In this document: positions 39,135 through 52,637 of the stretch, piece by piece
Position numbering within the stretch: position 1 is the first letter of the stretch
Layout: the number at the start of each line of letters is the position of its first letter
Source: Dimorphilus gyrociliatus
Taxonomy: Eukaryota; Animalia; Annelida
Assembly: GCA_904063045.1 (NCBI GenBank)
Contig: CAJFCJ010000016.1
Location: forward strand, 930,001 to 994,000
Reading direction: 5' to 3'
Length of the DNA: 64,000 nt
Translations under genes and position numbers: made by a program
Notes under the pieces: model-generated
Told to the model about the DNA's origin: nothing
The model's input: only the letters and a program-made list of their open reading frames with translations
Databases searched by the model: none

Positions 39135-41458
39135 TTACCGTTTTCTTAGACGTCGTTTACTAGCGGGCCTTAATTCAAGATACTTGGAGCATCGAGTATT
39201 CAATTTTTCAACCATAACCACAGCAGTCTCCGTAATTCGATCTTTTAAATTTACTATAATTTCTTCTGAAGTTTGTTTAAACTTTGTAAAATGAGAATCA
39301 AAATCCAAAACTTCAAAATCTGTCAGCTAAGTTTCATAAACAAAATATGAATAAATTTACATATTCAACACTATTAATTAGGTATATACTTCATCAAAGT
39401 CTATATCGTCTAGAACGTGTAGTAGAATAAAACAACTATCCTCCATCAATTTCGGTATAACGGCCGAATGAAACAAATCAAAAACAAACTGTAATTTCTT
39501 ATCAACCTATTTCGTAATAAAATCATAAAATATGAATTAATAATTAAGGCAACCAGTTAACCAGTCTAATAAAATAAAACGAAAAAACAGACCATATAAC
39601 GTCCTTCTATACAGAGTCTCATCAGAGTGATCACTTTATCGGGTGAATATCGACGCTTAAAGAACTTTTTGTAGATTTTATAGCACGAAACAAAAGTTCT
39701 ATATTTAAATTCTATTGGACACGGATATTCAACTAATCCTGAATAGAAAATATCCTCCAATTTGCAACAAATGAATCTGATAGCGTGTAAATAAGGATTA
39801 TAGTATTCTCCGTATTGATAGATGGCGCTGAATTTATAATGATCCAAAACATCGTTTAGTATCTGAATAATTAAATATTCATAAAAGCTAATTTGCATAA
39901 AGGAAAAAGGAAAAAAAGTTTCTCTTCAAACCGTTAAGTATTCTTCCAGATTGGATTTTTTCAAAAATGGCGAATTATAACTTCTTATCGATAATTTCGT
40001 TTTTATATAAAAGTTTACGTAATCAACTAATGCTTCATCGCGGGTTCTATTTATTCTTACGTAATTCAGAGCTTTAACCCAATCCGTATTCTCGGCAAGC
40101 TAAAAAAATAAACAAAAACAATAACAAGTATTAATTAATTTAATTAATATTCAAATATGCTAATTAAGTAACAATGAAAAAGTAAACTTACTATTACAAG
40201 ATTACGATTATTAATAGAATTTAATTCTTGTTGATGATTTTGGATGACGTCATCGAAATTGCATTGTAGAACACCAAGAAATTTTAATTTTGGATGACGT
40301 TTAATGAAAGGTCTGTAGGTGAAAAAGAAAAGATAGAGAAAATGAAGAGAGAGAGAGAGAGAAGAGATAGATGAATAAGAGAGGAGAGAAATGAATAAGC
40401 GAGTTAGAGGCGAGGAGTGAGTGAGTGAGGGAGGGAGGGAAGGAGGGAGGGAGGGAGGGAGAGAGAGAGAGAGGAAATAGGAAATAGATATATAAAAGGA
40501 GGAAAACAAACAGATAAAATGCAAAATAGAAAAAACAAAAAGCAAAACCATGGATGAGCAAAAGATTCAACTAAAGATTACGCAATAATAATCATCATAA
40601 TCATAATATATATAGATATATACAGTATATAAGTAATAATAATACAAACATAAGAATATCTCCGGGTATATTACCGCAACACGTAACGTCGAAATAAGTC
40701 AATTGAGGCCAATCGACATTTTTTATAAAATTGTAAACTGGATAATCGTTCAACGTGTGAGCTGGAAAGTGCGACATATCGAATCTTTTGAGTTTTTTAT
40801 GAAATCTATGTAATCCTCCTGATACATCACAATTGGAACAATCAAGAGAATGTAAACTCTTGAAAGAATTGAAAAGATATAAATTTTTTAGATGAGTTTG
40901 AGACATGTTAATTTCTTCTAATTGATAAAGATGGCGGCTTAAACTTTCAACGAATACATCACCAACTTTTGTCCTACTTAGGTCCAATTTAACTAGATTT
41001 TTTAATTGTAAAATGCATAGCCATTCCTCCTGTTGGGTAGCCTCGTAATCTAGAAATGGTACCATTATTGAACTTCCCTTCTTGATTTCGCACCCCTTCA
41101 AACTCAACTCTTTTAAGTGTTCTTTTTCGGCAAAGGTCAACCAAAATTTTACATCGAACGTTGTTAAATGATGAACGCTTAACGATTCAAGACGATGACC
41201 TCTTAAAAAAGATAAAAGGGAAGCCTTCTTTATTCTATTTCCGTGAATGGCTACGTTCTTCAATATGCAACAATTCGAGGAAAAGAATTTCAAATATTTC
41301 GCTGCAATTCCAACATCCAAATGGTCTAGTCTTTGCAGTATCTCATCGGCTATTATCATAGGTAGATAAATTGATTTCGTCTTTTTCACTGGGAGTTTAA
41401 ACAGTACTTCCGGTTCTCTGATGAGTACTTGAAGGGCAATTTCTTTTAGAGAGAACAT
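39135..41458 (-). CDS. ZYG11/ZER1-like LRR protein, paralog 1 (~558 aa, 6 exons)
   Basis: Exons 41458-40650, 40312-40192, 40099-39932, 39862-39593, 39506-39390, 39326-39135. N-terminal BC/VHL-box-like MFSLKEIALQVL plus LPMIIADEIL, LRRs (LKNLVKLDLSRT, LEEINMSQT, LHSLDCSNC), helical C-terminal part, basic end RPASKRRLRKR*. Confidence 0.8.
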
Positions 41459-43329
41459 ACTTGTTCTTTCGATTTAAATGTCCTTAATCATGTGTAGCCG
41501 TTCTCTATAGGCCGGTTAAGTATTGATTAGTATTGAAATTTTCGTAACAATGACTACAACGCCATCTATCGATATTAATATTATTTCCATCAAATTTCAT
41601 ATTTTTTACATTTGTGACATATTACGTAATAGTTCTATTTTAAATTAGTCTAACTATACTTAATTATTTCGCAATAATTTACCGAATTGCGTATGAAATA
41701 CTTTATTATCGCTCAGCGAAATCTTGAGCATATTAGCATCTCTCACGAAAGAAAATCAGCATTAAACGTTACCTCTATCAATGGTGTTCCATGTCGTTTA
41801 GACATTTATTTACAAAGTTAATCGAATATTATCAATTCCATAAACGTTCTTTAAACGCTTTAATCGAGAAAAAATTTTTTGTGTATTAATATTTACTCCT
41901 CCAGCTGGCAGTTTGTAACTATAAACATCTAACCTGGAAATGAATTTCATGAATAAATTTGCATCTTATTAGCTCGTGTTTTCTCTCTACTTTATATATA
42001 TATGTATATATAATTGGTCAGCATAGCCTATTGTCGTTGATATACATGTTTTTGTTTTGTTTATTTGTTTACAGATTGAATGGGGCGTATTAGAATTCAT
42101 ACATGATTAGTTGATTGATTGATTAATTGATTAAATGGGTGAATGAATGAATGAATGAATGAATAAATGAATAGATAACTCGTTTGTTGATATTTCCTTG
42201 AATTATTATTTTATGAATTAATTTTAATTAATTGAATATATTATATAAACTGAATAGATTAGTATTAATAGTAAATCTAACGGTACTTAATCCATCGTTA
42301 AAAACTATTATCGAATGAAAGGAAACTGACTGGACGACGAAAGAAAGATATACTAATATATCGCCAATATTCAATTAATCACCTTTCTGACGTCACACTT
42401 TTTACATTCAAGCTACAGCTGTGCTAATAATTATAAAAGGGTAAAAGTTAACCTGCCACCTTCCGTATGGCTGTCGGTTGTTATTCTTTCACTTAATAGA
42501 TTAAGCACGTATTATCAATTGACCTATGACCTCAGATAATTAACGCAAAATGGAATATATTTCCCTCCTTTCCCAGAAACGTATACACTCTTCATTTCTA
42601 TTTAGATCTATTGGAATAATAGCTATTGCCTGGAGGTAATGTCGGCTAGATTGTCTATTGGAAGGGTGGAAGCCATTGAATAGGACAGCTGTCTATTAAT
42701 ACTAGTATTCATTTATTTATTTATTACATCACTTAATAAGAAATCTCTTATTCAGCCAACTCTATTCGTGGCTTGAAAATATTAAAAAGACGGCACGCGA
42801 CTGCCAATTGATAGGTCTTGTAGATAAACTTTAAACAATCTCTCATAGATCATAGTCTGTCAGGTAATGAATGTTGGTGGATTGCGGCTGATGATCTTGG
42901 AGAAAGGACGCTAAAAGATATTTTCAATAGCTATCTATAGTGTAATTTATATAATTCTTATCAATACAAAACAATTTGTTATTGTAAAGAATTTTGACGT
43001 GTCTTTCGGATATTCCTAATGATTGTTGTCGTCAGACTCTTGAAGTAAGTCATCAACTATGGAGAAGAGAAGGATTGCGGATTGATTTCTTTTAAAAATC
43101 TATCCTACAAGAGGCTATTCTATAAATTCAACTATATCTTTAACAATCTTCATAACAACATGAAGTATTGAACAAAGAATAAGAAAGTAGCCCAAAATCA
43201 TTGTTTGGCTGAACGAAAATCTTTTACCAACTAACCCATAGGAGGCGACACCTACATGACTTGCCTAATCAGAAATATACGATATTAATTCGTTATTGTA
43301 TTGATTAAAGGTTGAAAAAATTGAAAAAT

Positions 43330-44262
43330 TTATTGCAGTGATTGCAGTGGTGATATTGACCTTTTCCTCTTCGTCGTTATCCGTTTTAAAGTAGTTAGAA
43401 ACGCTTTTTTTATTGATGAATTACCAATAATTGTTATAATTGGATTAATGAAACTTTGACAAAGTATGAAATATTCAATAGATATGGATATTTGAATACT
43501 AAAATTATTTGGTTCGGTTAACAGAAACACTATTCCTATACAATAGATCGTCCATAAACATAACATTAATATCAATTGTAATAGAGTTGCTTTAGACGAT
43601 TTCGAGATGTTCTTCATCTTTTTAGTCTGACTTTCAATTTGAATTGCGTGCTTTTTAGCTATTTTTAGAATGTTTATATGCAAAAATAACGATGTAACGA
43701 CTGTTGGTAGGAAGAATCCCATATTGATAAAGACATAGTAAAACTCGTAATTCATATAGCCATTACAAAGTACAATATAACGTCTTCCCATAACAGCCGC
43801 GTAATAAGGATAAAAACCAATGGCAAACGATAAAATAACAACCATAGATATAATTAGAACAGTTGTTTTCGTACGAAAATACTTTTCAAAGTGAAATGGG
43901 TATTTAATCATTATATATCTATATATGAATACGAATAATAGAAAATACTGCGATTGCAGGTAAGCGATATGCTGCAATAGATGCGTTAACAAGCACCAGA
44001 GTGGAAAGGTACTCGGCTTCGTAACTATGCTTTTTAGAAACTCGGCGGTTGGACTCCATATCGATATAAAAAGATCGCATATTGCCACGCCAGGAATAAA
44101 TATAATTGTTGAATGTCGGACGTTGGCGAATTTTATATAGAGATATAGAACAAATCCGTTAAACGTTGTACTGCAAATAACTAATATCAGGTATATCACA
44201 CCTATGAGTATATCATCACCTCCGGAGAAGGAACCACTGGATACGAAAGAAGTATTGTTCAT
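43330..44262 (-). CDS. Intronless orphan rhodopsin-family (class A) GPCR, 310 aa
   Basis: Seven hydrophobic segments; TM1 N (FNG), TM2 D (ICD), YRY in place of DRY, TM5 P (FLP), IC3 KIAKKHAIQI, TM7 INPIIT; N-glycosylation site at the N-terminus; no TM7 retinal lysine. Confidence 0.88.
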   Translation of the reverse strand: MNNTSFVSSGSFSGGDDILIGVIYLILVICSTTFNGFVLYLYIKFANVRHSTIIFIPGVAICDLFISIWSPTAEFLKSIVTKPSTFPLWCLLTHLLQHIAYLQSQYFLLFVFIYRYIMIKYPFHFEKYFRTKTTVLIISMVVILSFAIGFYPYYAAVMGRRYIVLCNGYMNYEFYYVFINMGFFLPTVVTSLFLHINILKIAKKHAIQIESQTKKMKNISKSSKATLLQLILMLCLWTIYCIGIVFLLTEPNNFSIQISISIEYFILCQSFINPIITIIGNSSIKKAFLTTLKRITTKRKRSISPLQSLQ

Positions 44263-44797
44263 GATTTTGTAAGAAAGGATTGTTTAGCATCAAATGTAAG
44301 GAGAATATTAAATCTCCATTTAATGTGTAGTATCCTTTATACATTTTTTATTGGACTTAATGGTAAACACCCATATATACAGTATTATAATCTGCTAAAC
44401 ACTGCTCATAGATTTTTCAACTGTTAATGGAGTCTTTAAAGCTTTTAACCAAGATAAATAATCATTTTCTGCATTATTAAACTCTCGCCCAGAATAAACA
44501 CCGACTGAATTTTTTCCAGGGTTATTAATAGAGAATTTCATGTATTTTCTCTATTTTTCCACTGTGTAGACGTCGAGTAGACGTCTTACAATAGAGGGAA
44601 AATCTTTTAATACAGTATATAAATTATAAATAAATAATAGTTTTAATAATAATATTAATAGCATTAATAAAAGAAAAGCATCAATTAAGGGCAGAAAATC
44701 AATCGTTTTATTAAGAAACACCTCCCAAAAAAGTTAATTACAATGTCACCTATGACTGATTAACGAAAGGTAATATTATTCAAAGAGAAAGTTCTTT

Positions 44798-44829
44798 TTC
44801 TTCTTCTTCTTCTTCTTCTTCTTCTTCTT
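44798..44829. repeat. (TTC)n microsatellite
   Basis: Direct reading. Confidence 0.9.
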
Positions 44830-45112
44830 TAAAAACAAAAAAAAGGCAACTTTCACCTTGCATTCTCCTATTTTATAGTCTTAGCGTAATTTCCTTGTAG
44901 AAATTGATTTCTCGTCTCCTATTCTATAATAGTAACGATAATATAGCAAAAAAAAATCAATAACTCTCTGACTCACCGATTAACTTTTTCATATAAAATG
45001 TCATATTGCTTAAAGAATCTTTTGGTGGTGTTGTTATTGTTGTTGTTTTAATGTTCTTCTAGATGATATTTCTTGTTCGTTTCTTTTTGGCCTGTGATTA
45101 ATAGAGACTCAA

Positions 45113-47312
45113 ATGCTGCTCTCCTTAAAAGAAATTACACTACTCTCCATTGCGAAAAATAGCCATTTAATCTTTAGGGATGTTTTTCTCAAGGAGCAGA
45201 CATTTCCACTTTCGATTTCTGAAGATTTATTAACCTGTTTGGATAGGGGAAGCATTGGAATAGAAGAGACATATTTGAAATTCTTCTCCAACGATAAAAG
45301 CTATCTTAGAAGTATCAGATTACATTGCTATAAAATTAATAACATCTCTTCCATGTCATTTCTTCAAGGTCATCAGTTGAGAACTCTCTATTTAGAAGGA
45401 CTAAAAGATTATGACGTAATGGATTGGCTACCCTTTGTCGAGTCTAATTGCCTAGAGGAGTTATCTATTGTTGAGTGTTCTTTTAATAAATTAGGTCAAA
45501 AGAAAAGAGTGCTAAGACCGTCTTTAGAGGAGAGAAATCATGATATAAATTATTTTTTAAACAGCTTAAAATCATTTAAGAGCATTACGAAATTAAGCGT
45601 CTGCTCAACGGATTTTACTAGTAGTCACCTATTGGTAATTTGCAACGAGTTCTCCTTACTTCAACACTTGAATATATCTAAAACTTTTGTCGATGACCTT
45701 TCACCTCTAACTAAATTACAAAATTTAAATTATCTCGATTGTTCGTGGATCTTTTGCGGATCTTGCTACGATTCATTTTGCATATTGCACCAGCTAAAGC
45801 TTTTGAACTATTTGGACATATCCAAATTATATACAGTTTCGGCCAACTTGAATACCGACTTATTCCTAAAGTCTGCTTTATGGGAGTGTTTATCATGCCT
45901 TAATTTGTCCGGAGACTGGAAGATTTCAGACCAAACGCTTAAGTATTCCATAAACACACTATCGTCAATAGATCGAGAATATAATTCATTTGCCACTCCT
46001 CAACAGAATTTTCATTAAAAACCATCCCAGTTTGAAGAGTCTGTTGATTTTCGGCAAAGATCCGTCTAGTAGGCTGGAACGAGAGTTGACATTTAACAGC
46101 GATATTATCCATAGAAATGTAGTAAAATCCATTTTCAAACAAAACAACTACAATTCAAAACAATGTAAAATAAAAACGGTTAATTAATAAATAAACAGAA
46201 TTCAACGGACAACGATCAAAAGGACACAATGACAAATTTGAAATATCTCAAGAAATTAAATTACGAAGTTGGCGATTTTTTAATTAAAATCTTTAAAAGA
46301 TTAAATAAGGAAATCATAAAGAATGAACCGAAATTTTTGAACGAAATTCAAAATGATCCAACTCTGTTTCAGGCAAGAAATCTATTCAAAGAGACGCTTT
46401 ATTTATTTATTTATTTGTTTATTTATTGTTATTCTCTTTAGATTCTAGTCGATACGCTGGACGAGTATAAATTCAAGATTATCCATGAAAAATTTCAAAA
46501 TATCATCTATAATCTTATCTTTTGTAAAATAATATGGATATTTTGCCATCTAACATTACCGAATTTCTGCAGGAATATACTGATTATCTATCAGATTTGT
46601 AGTCAAGTGATTAAGGAATATCCAAAGAGTTGGAAGGATCCGGACGCCGGCGTTACGTACAATTACCACGAAATAATGGAGCAGATTTTCTTATTATTGC
46701 ATAGAAACATTGCAAACATTTTCTGGGTGAATAACAGATTGTTTGTAAATCGTTTGCTAAATGTTTCCCTATTGCAGATAGTCAACTCTTTTGATTTTTC
46801 AATTTCTCTTATGAAGATTATACCTGGATTTAATATCATTAAATTTGAAATACCAGGATCAATTCTCTACGCCGACGTTCATCCAGAATTTAGTAAAAAG
46901 ACCTATCTAACCAGCTTTATTCATTTACTCAAAGAAGTGCTAAGACGGATTCAATTCGAAGAGGTTTTAAGCTTGAAAGCTCTCTGTTATTCTATCTTTA
47001 CGTTTTTCCTTACTACAGTTATCGAATAATCAACTCGAGGACTTTTTACTTCATTTCAAAGAATATCTCGTCTACTTTACTTCGGCGGAAAATCAACTTT
47101 ACTTTGGAAAATGTAGAAATTCAATAAGAGAAATAATAGAAATAGTTTTCACCGGTATAAACAGTCATTTGTCGGTTATAATTGAAGATTATCTTATAAA
47201 ATTAATAGATAATCCTTCTTTTAGTATTCCCATTCCTAAATCTATTCATAATATTTTAGAGAAAAGTGTGCTATTCGAAAAATATTATACGGATAAAGAT
47301 CTATTGAATTAA
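45113..47312 (+). CDS. ZYG11/ZER1-like LRR protein, paralog 2 (~626 aa, 6 exons)
   Basis: Exons 45113-45942, 46007-46118, 46199-46372 (GC donor), 46442-46726, 46778-46963, 47019-47312. SLKEITL / FPLSISEDLL, LRRs (LQHLNISKT, LNYLDCSW, LNYLDISK); exon 2 begins IFIKNHPSLK as in the paralogs. The exon 4 donor is the least certain boundary. Confidence 0.8.
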
Positions 47313-47415
47313 CAGATTATTGTTGTTCAACAGTCTCTATTCTCTTTCTATTTTTATTTCTACAACTTAAATATATAGCTATTCTATTTGGAGAGAACAA
47401 TTTTATTAACGACTT

Positions 47416-47489
47416 GGCTCCTATGGTGTTACGGCTAGCGCTTTCGACTTTTACACCCAACGATCCGAGTTCAAATCAGCAACCTGAAT
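47416..47489 (+). pseudogene. Degenerate tRNA-Gln pseudogene
   Basis: GGCTCCTATGGTGTTACGGCTAGCGCTTTCGACTTTTACACCCAACGATCCGAGTTCAAATC aligns to the intact tRNA-Gln copies; the anticodon arm is disrupted and the 3' acceptor strand is largely lost. Confidence 0.75.
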
Positions 47490-48125
47490 CTTTTTCTCTT
47501 AAGCGATAAAACTCTTTCAATAATCAATTCGTGTTCAAGAGAATTCCCACTCTTCCCAGTTTTCTTTCCTAACCCTGATAAAACCGTTTTCGAATATATC
47601 TTATTAGATAAATCAGTTGAAAAGTTAACAAGGACCTGATATTGATAGAATTCGATTGATATTGCTCATCCTAACTCTAACAGTTACTGATTGGCTGATA
47701 AATCAGAGTGAATAATTTCAAAACTAATTTTTAAATTGCTCCTTGTTTTTGTCTGGGTTAGAGAAAAGATAGCAATTATATTATAATCGTTTATCCATAA
47801 TAACTATAACTATATACAATATATCGTTTTATACATTTTTTGACCTTGTTTTATGATATGATTGAACGAACTCTTACATAAATAATTAATAATGCTTGGA
47901 TAAAATGAAAATGAATGAATGAATGAATGATGAATAAATAACAGTTTATCTATTTCTCCTTCTGGATTAAGAATCGAAGAATTGAAACGGATACTGTAGT
48001 GTCTTTTCAGAACAATACTGTATCACTTTTGGAATATGGGCTTTGGAATAGTTATTACAAAGAGCCTTAAATCAACTTGGAGGGTTAAAAAACCTAAGAA
48101 CTAAAATCAATCTACCAATCAATAA

Positions 48126-48197
48126 GGTTCCATGGTGTAACGGTTAGCACTTTGGACTCTGAATCCAACGATCCGAGTTCAAATCTCGGTGGAACCT
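48126..48197 (+). tRNA. trnQ: tRNA-Gln (anticodon CTG)
   Basis: 72 nt GGTTCCATGGTGTAACGGTTAGCACTTTGGACTCTGAATCCAACGATCCGAGTTCAAATCTCGGTGGAACCT; cloverleaf, A and B boxes, TTTTT terminator shortly downstream. Confidence 0.97.
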
Positions 48198-49506
48198 AAG
48201 CAAACTTTTTAGCTTTTGAAATGCTGTTTATCGTATCTTTAGCTGAATTCATTTTAAGAGAACTTCCCTTTAGTTTCTTTCAACAACAAAGAATTTCATA
48301 TAACAAATCATCATATGAGCATTTAATTGACTAATGCGCATGATCGACTATATAATTTGCTTGATCGGTCTGTTTACATGAACCACCTGATCAAGTGAGT
48401 ATTTTGCAACGTCTATTGACACTTTATACTTTTTCAAACGCTTTTCACCCTACTTTCAGAAGCTTTTAACGGATTTTGTCTTTTGTATTATATTGGCAGG
48501 AAGATGATGGCTATAGACAAGAGGTTAAAGACAAATACAAGCCTAAAAGAAGAATGGTCATCAATGATCAATGTCCTTGTAAACATCTTGTAAAGTATTT
48601 CAAAGAAAAGCCTCCAATCCATCATAAAATATCGATATCTAATTGAATTCTCATCGAGCTAGTTATATCTTATTGTTTAGTCAAATCCTAGATCAAACTT
48701 GTATAAAAAAGTTGATTACTGAATACTTTCACATCTTTTTACAATTGGAAAGATTACCTAATCACTAGAGTATTCAACAGCAATAACATTTTCTCCACGT
48801 AGTCTCTTTCATAGAGAGACTTCAATTCCCATAATGTCCATCAGTGTTCCCCCATCACCTGTATAAATTATACAGTATGAATGCGTAATAGATGTACAAC
48901 ACTTTTTTCCTTGGAATAGTTTAAATAGGTTTCTTGAGTAAGTGCATGACAACGTTGAAGAATGTACCACTTATTGCATTAAACTACGATTGGAGATGAA
49001 TCTAACCTTTAACCCTAACCGTCGTTTATATAATGTATATATTGTATATATATATATTCCCTCGTTCTCATCAAGTTCATTAATAATTTCTCAATTGAAA
49101 AACATTCCACCCTTTTTAAGTAGTATATGGACAAAAGAAATAGCATTATTTATTCAACCCTTCAGCCTGTTTAAAGAGTTCCACTATTTCTTTTGTTATC
49201 GATTTGAAATATTGCGAAAAGCGATGAGAAATTGATATTTATATCTTAATTTATATAAACGAATGGCACAGTTGTTTATTCAATAGTTTGCTGGGAGAAT
49301 TATCTATTAGAAGAGACAAACACACTTAGCATTTTCTCCATTCGCTGATCGTTCGTCGTCATGCTTTCACTCTGCTATTCCGTATCAGATAATTATCTTC
49401 TAGTTTACGCTACAATCCTTCAAGTTCTCTCTTCAGTTCACACGGCGAGTTGTCAGTAAAAAACTAACCCTTCTTCCACTAGATTATTTCAAAATTTTCT
49501 CCATAG

Positions 49507-49731
49507 ATATAATAAACGGATACAAAGTGTTTGAAGGTAAATCCTCTCCTGGTAGTGTTCTGGGCACTATGTCTTCTACAAATTACAACGACTGTATCAG
49601 CCATTGCAATACTTTGACCAACTGCGAAGGATTTAACTATCAATCACCTTTATGCATTTTTAAGGCATCGATGGCAGATGACAACGCATTAATGAATAGT
49701 CTGGGAATTTTGACAATTAAGAAAATAACTG
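49507..49731 (+). CDS. PAN/apple-domain exon of a probable small secreted protein (partial model)
   Basis: Phase 1-1 exon IINGYKVFEGKSSPGSVLGTMSSTNYNDCISHCNTLTNCEGFNYQSPLCIFK with the CxxxCxxxxxCxxFxYxxxxC PAN pattern. Candidate signal-peptide exon from ATG 49361; downstream exon not found. Confidence 0.6.
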
Positions 49732-49993
49732 GTAATAGTATTTTGATACTTGACTGTTGTTTGTTCATCATCATCAACATCGTCTTCATCTCGATTTGTA
49801 GGTAACATAGAATATTTTATTATTTAAAAATGTCTTTACAAACAAACAAACAAACAAACAAACAAATATGTTTGGCTTATTTTCAAGTATAAATAATACG
49901 TTAGGCTTGCAGACTATCATCGCAGTTTGAATGTAATGCTGAGCCTATTAATGGTTGAAAAACGACAGACAAACAGGTTAATTGAATAATAAC

Positions 49994-52081
49994 TCAGATT
50001 CTAAATTTCCAATCGTTCAACCTTTTCAGCTCCTCGTCCAAATGCATGCAAACTTTATAGTTTTTACGCGAAAAGTGAACGGTATTTGTGCCTTTTACAG
50101 TCTTATAGTGGTTTAAACCGGAAACAATTAAACGATATATCTTTTTAAGCTTGGAATCTTGATTCGAATCAAAGTAGTTGATTAAACCGCCAGAATAGTT
50201 GCAGGTCAACATTTGAAAAGTATTTTCAACGCATTTAAACAACTGATTCTCCGTTAACTATTTCAATAAATAAAACATTTATAATTACTTCCAAATATAG
50301 AAATCTAATCTACCGTCTGGAATGTTATATCATTTAGCATTGTCTCTAGTAAAACGAAAGCATTGTTGGCGTCCGGATCGAATTTTACGAATACAAGTAA
50401 AGCTATAGATAGCTTTATCTTTTCTTTCTATTTTAGAATATAGACAATCGAATGATTAATGGAAAAATTAATGAAAGATATTCAACTAATTTAAAATGTT
50501 ACCATCTTCAATAATTTGTATTTTAGCAGGACAATCGAACACAGTTTTTTGAGTAGGTAGGAGAAATTTTCATAAATTCCACCCATTTTTCTATAAAGTA
50601 GAATAAACTTACAACAAGATTCGACGCTTTTCACCCAAAATCTTTCATAGCCATTCAATATCTTCAACTTTTTTATAATACTAAAGCAAATGTATAGAAT
50701 ATAAATACAGAATTCATCCGATTCGAACATCTCAAAATACATCTTGTGATAATCAATAATATCAAATAGTTTCTGTTGATATGACAACGCATTCCTAACA
50801 CTTATTATCTTTCTATATTGTATACATTACCTGCCACAATCTTTCAATGTCCAACCTCATCATATACATTCTTCTCTTATCGATCTCTCGACATTCATTT
50901 ATTTCCTTTTTCAACAATTCCAAACTCTTTATTGCAAGATCGTAGAATCTTTTAAATACTATATTTGAACTTTTAGGGAAGAACAATTGGAAATATCTGT
51001 CGTCTTTTAGCTAATTGTATAAGAAAATCTAATACTTTTGCCATTCGAAAAATACACTTGAAACTTACTGTAATTCTTAAAGGATAGATAACGTTTAGAC
51101 GATTTTCCATTAAATCCGCCAAATTATTTTCTCTAACGTCTAAATCGATGGCGAAATATTTCAATCTTTCATGATTTTTAATGAATTTACTGTAAAGAAT
51201 AAGAATAAGAATAATAACGAAAGAATTGAAATACACATGGTATTTTATTCTCGTCTTGTTTCTCGTCTCTACCTTAATACGGCAATTTCAACGTGTTGAA
51301 TTTCACCAATTACCAATGATTCCAACGCTTTGAATTGATTGTTATCCAAGAAATTTTCAAACCATTTACACAATCGGCAATTGTGAATTGAATGATTATT
51401 ACCAACAGATATTTCTTTCAGATGTTCAAACTCTTTTAAATATTGAATTTCATCAAATTTCCACGATTCTTTTTGAGAAATGAATGTAAAATTTGTTAAG
51501 CTTTCAAGTTTTTTAATTGGATGTATTGTATCGACAAGAGTATACGAAATATCCAAATTCTCTAATTGGGATAATTCATTGGAAATGAACAATAAACATT
51601 CATTTGTGAATAGAGTATAGCTAACGTCCAATTTTAAGAGATTTTTGAAATTCTGCAAATCTTCAATCCGTTCAAGTATATCGGAATATTGAAAATTATA
51701 ACTTTCTCTATATAATCTACAATTAGATATTGTTAATTCCTCAAGAAAACTGGTATTAATATTTCCAATCCATTGTTTTAAATCGATTTTCAAATTATTC
51801 ATTTCAATTACTTTTAATGGATGATTTTTGACGAAATTGATAAAAGACAATTCATCGTAAATTCTACATCCGTTCAGTTTAATGCAAGTTAAAGTAGTCT
51901 TTTCAAATGTGAAATATTTCAAATGTTCCTTAGACACACCAATATGTTTATTATTGAAATATTGTAAAATTTCTTCGGCTAGGCCGTGAGGAATAGTTTT
52001 ATCGTTTTTAAAATATTTCCCTAACCCTTTACTTCCATCAAAATCGATTGAACGTAGAATTAATTCTTGTAAACTGAACAT
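49994..52081 (-). CDS. ZYG11/ZER1-like LRR protein, paralog 3 (~585 aa, 6 exons)
   Basis: Exons 52081-51273, 51189-51069, 51010-50831, 50772-50503, 50427-50314, 50257-49994. MFSLQELIL / IPHGLAEEIL, LRRs (LLKLDVSYT, LENLDISYT); same intron phases as the paralogs. Confidence 0.8.
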
Positions 52082-52449
52082 TATTAATAAAAGTAGTTAA
52101 TTGGTAAATAAAATCAATAACATGTTAAGGCGATGAAATGAACTGAAATCCTCTTCATCGCTGTAGAACTATTTTTGTTTTCCTCCTAATCGAAATGCAT
52201 TCGGATAGAGAAACTCTTTTTTTTATGCAGTGTCCAAAAAATACTGTTGCTTTTTTTTTGTTTGTAATCTTCTTATGCGTTGAAAGAAAGTCGAAAGACT
52301 TTTAGAATGGGATCCGCTATTTTGATATACACTTATATCTATGTTAACTAAACGAATTTCAAGTAGAACAATCAACAAGTTTTTTGATACTTTTTATTAT
52401 GTAAGAATCGAATTTCTATTCTATTGTATTACGGTATGATTCTTCCTTC

Positions 52450-52480
<31 letters not shown>

Positions 52481-52637
52481 TTTATCTCCCCCCCCCACCG
52501 CTCTCTCTCTCTCTCTCTCTATCCAACCAAACTCATCTAGGCTTAATTTTCTATAAACTTTTGAACTTTTCACCATAGCAGGTTGTGGACACTGCAACGC
52601 GAAGAGTAGGAGTACATTTCGAGAGCTTGTTTTGTAA

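Noticed and set aside
39507-39592. Suspected frameshift in ZYG11-like paralog 1 at intron 4
   Set aside because: On recount exon 5 joins in phase 0 (VDKKLQFVFDLF), matching paralog 4; the gene is intact.
48480-48860. Open stretches on both strands between tRNA-Gln and the PAN exon
   Set aside because: No consistent exon chain and no recognisable similarity to the neighbouring families.
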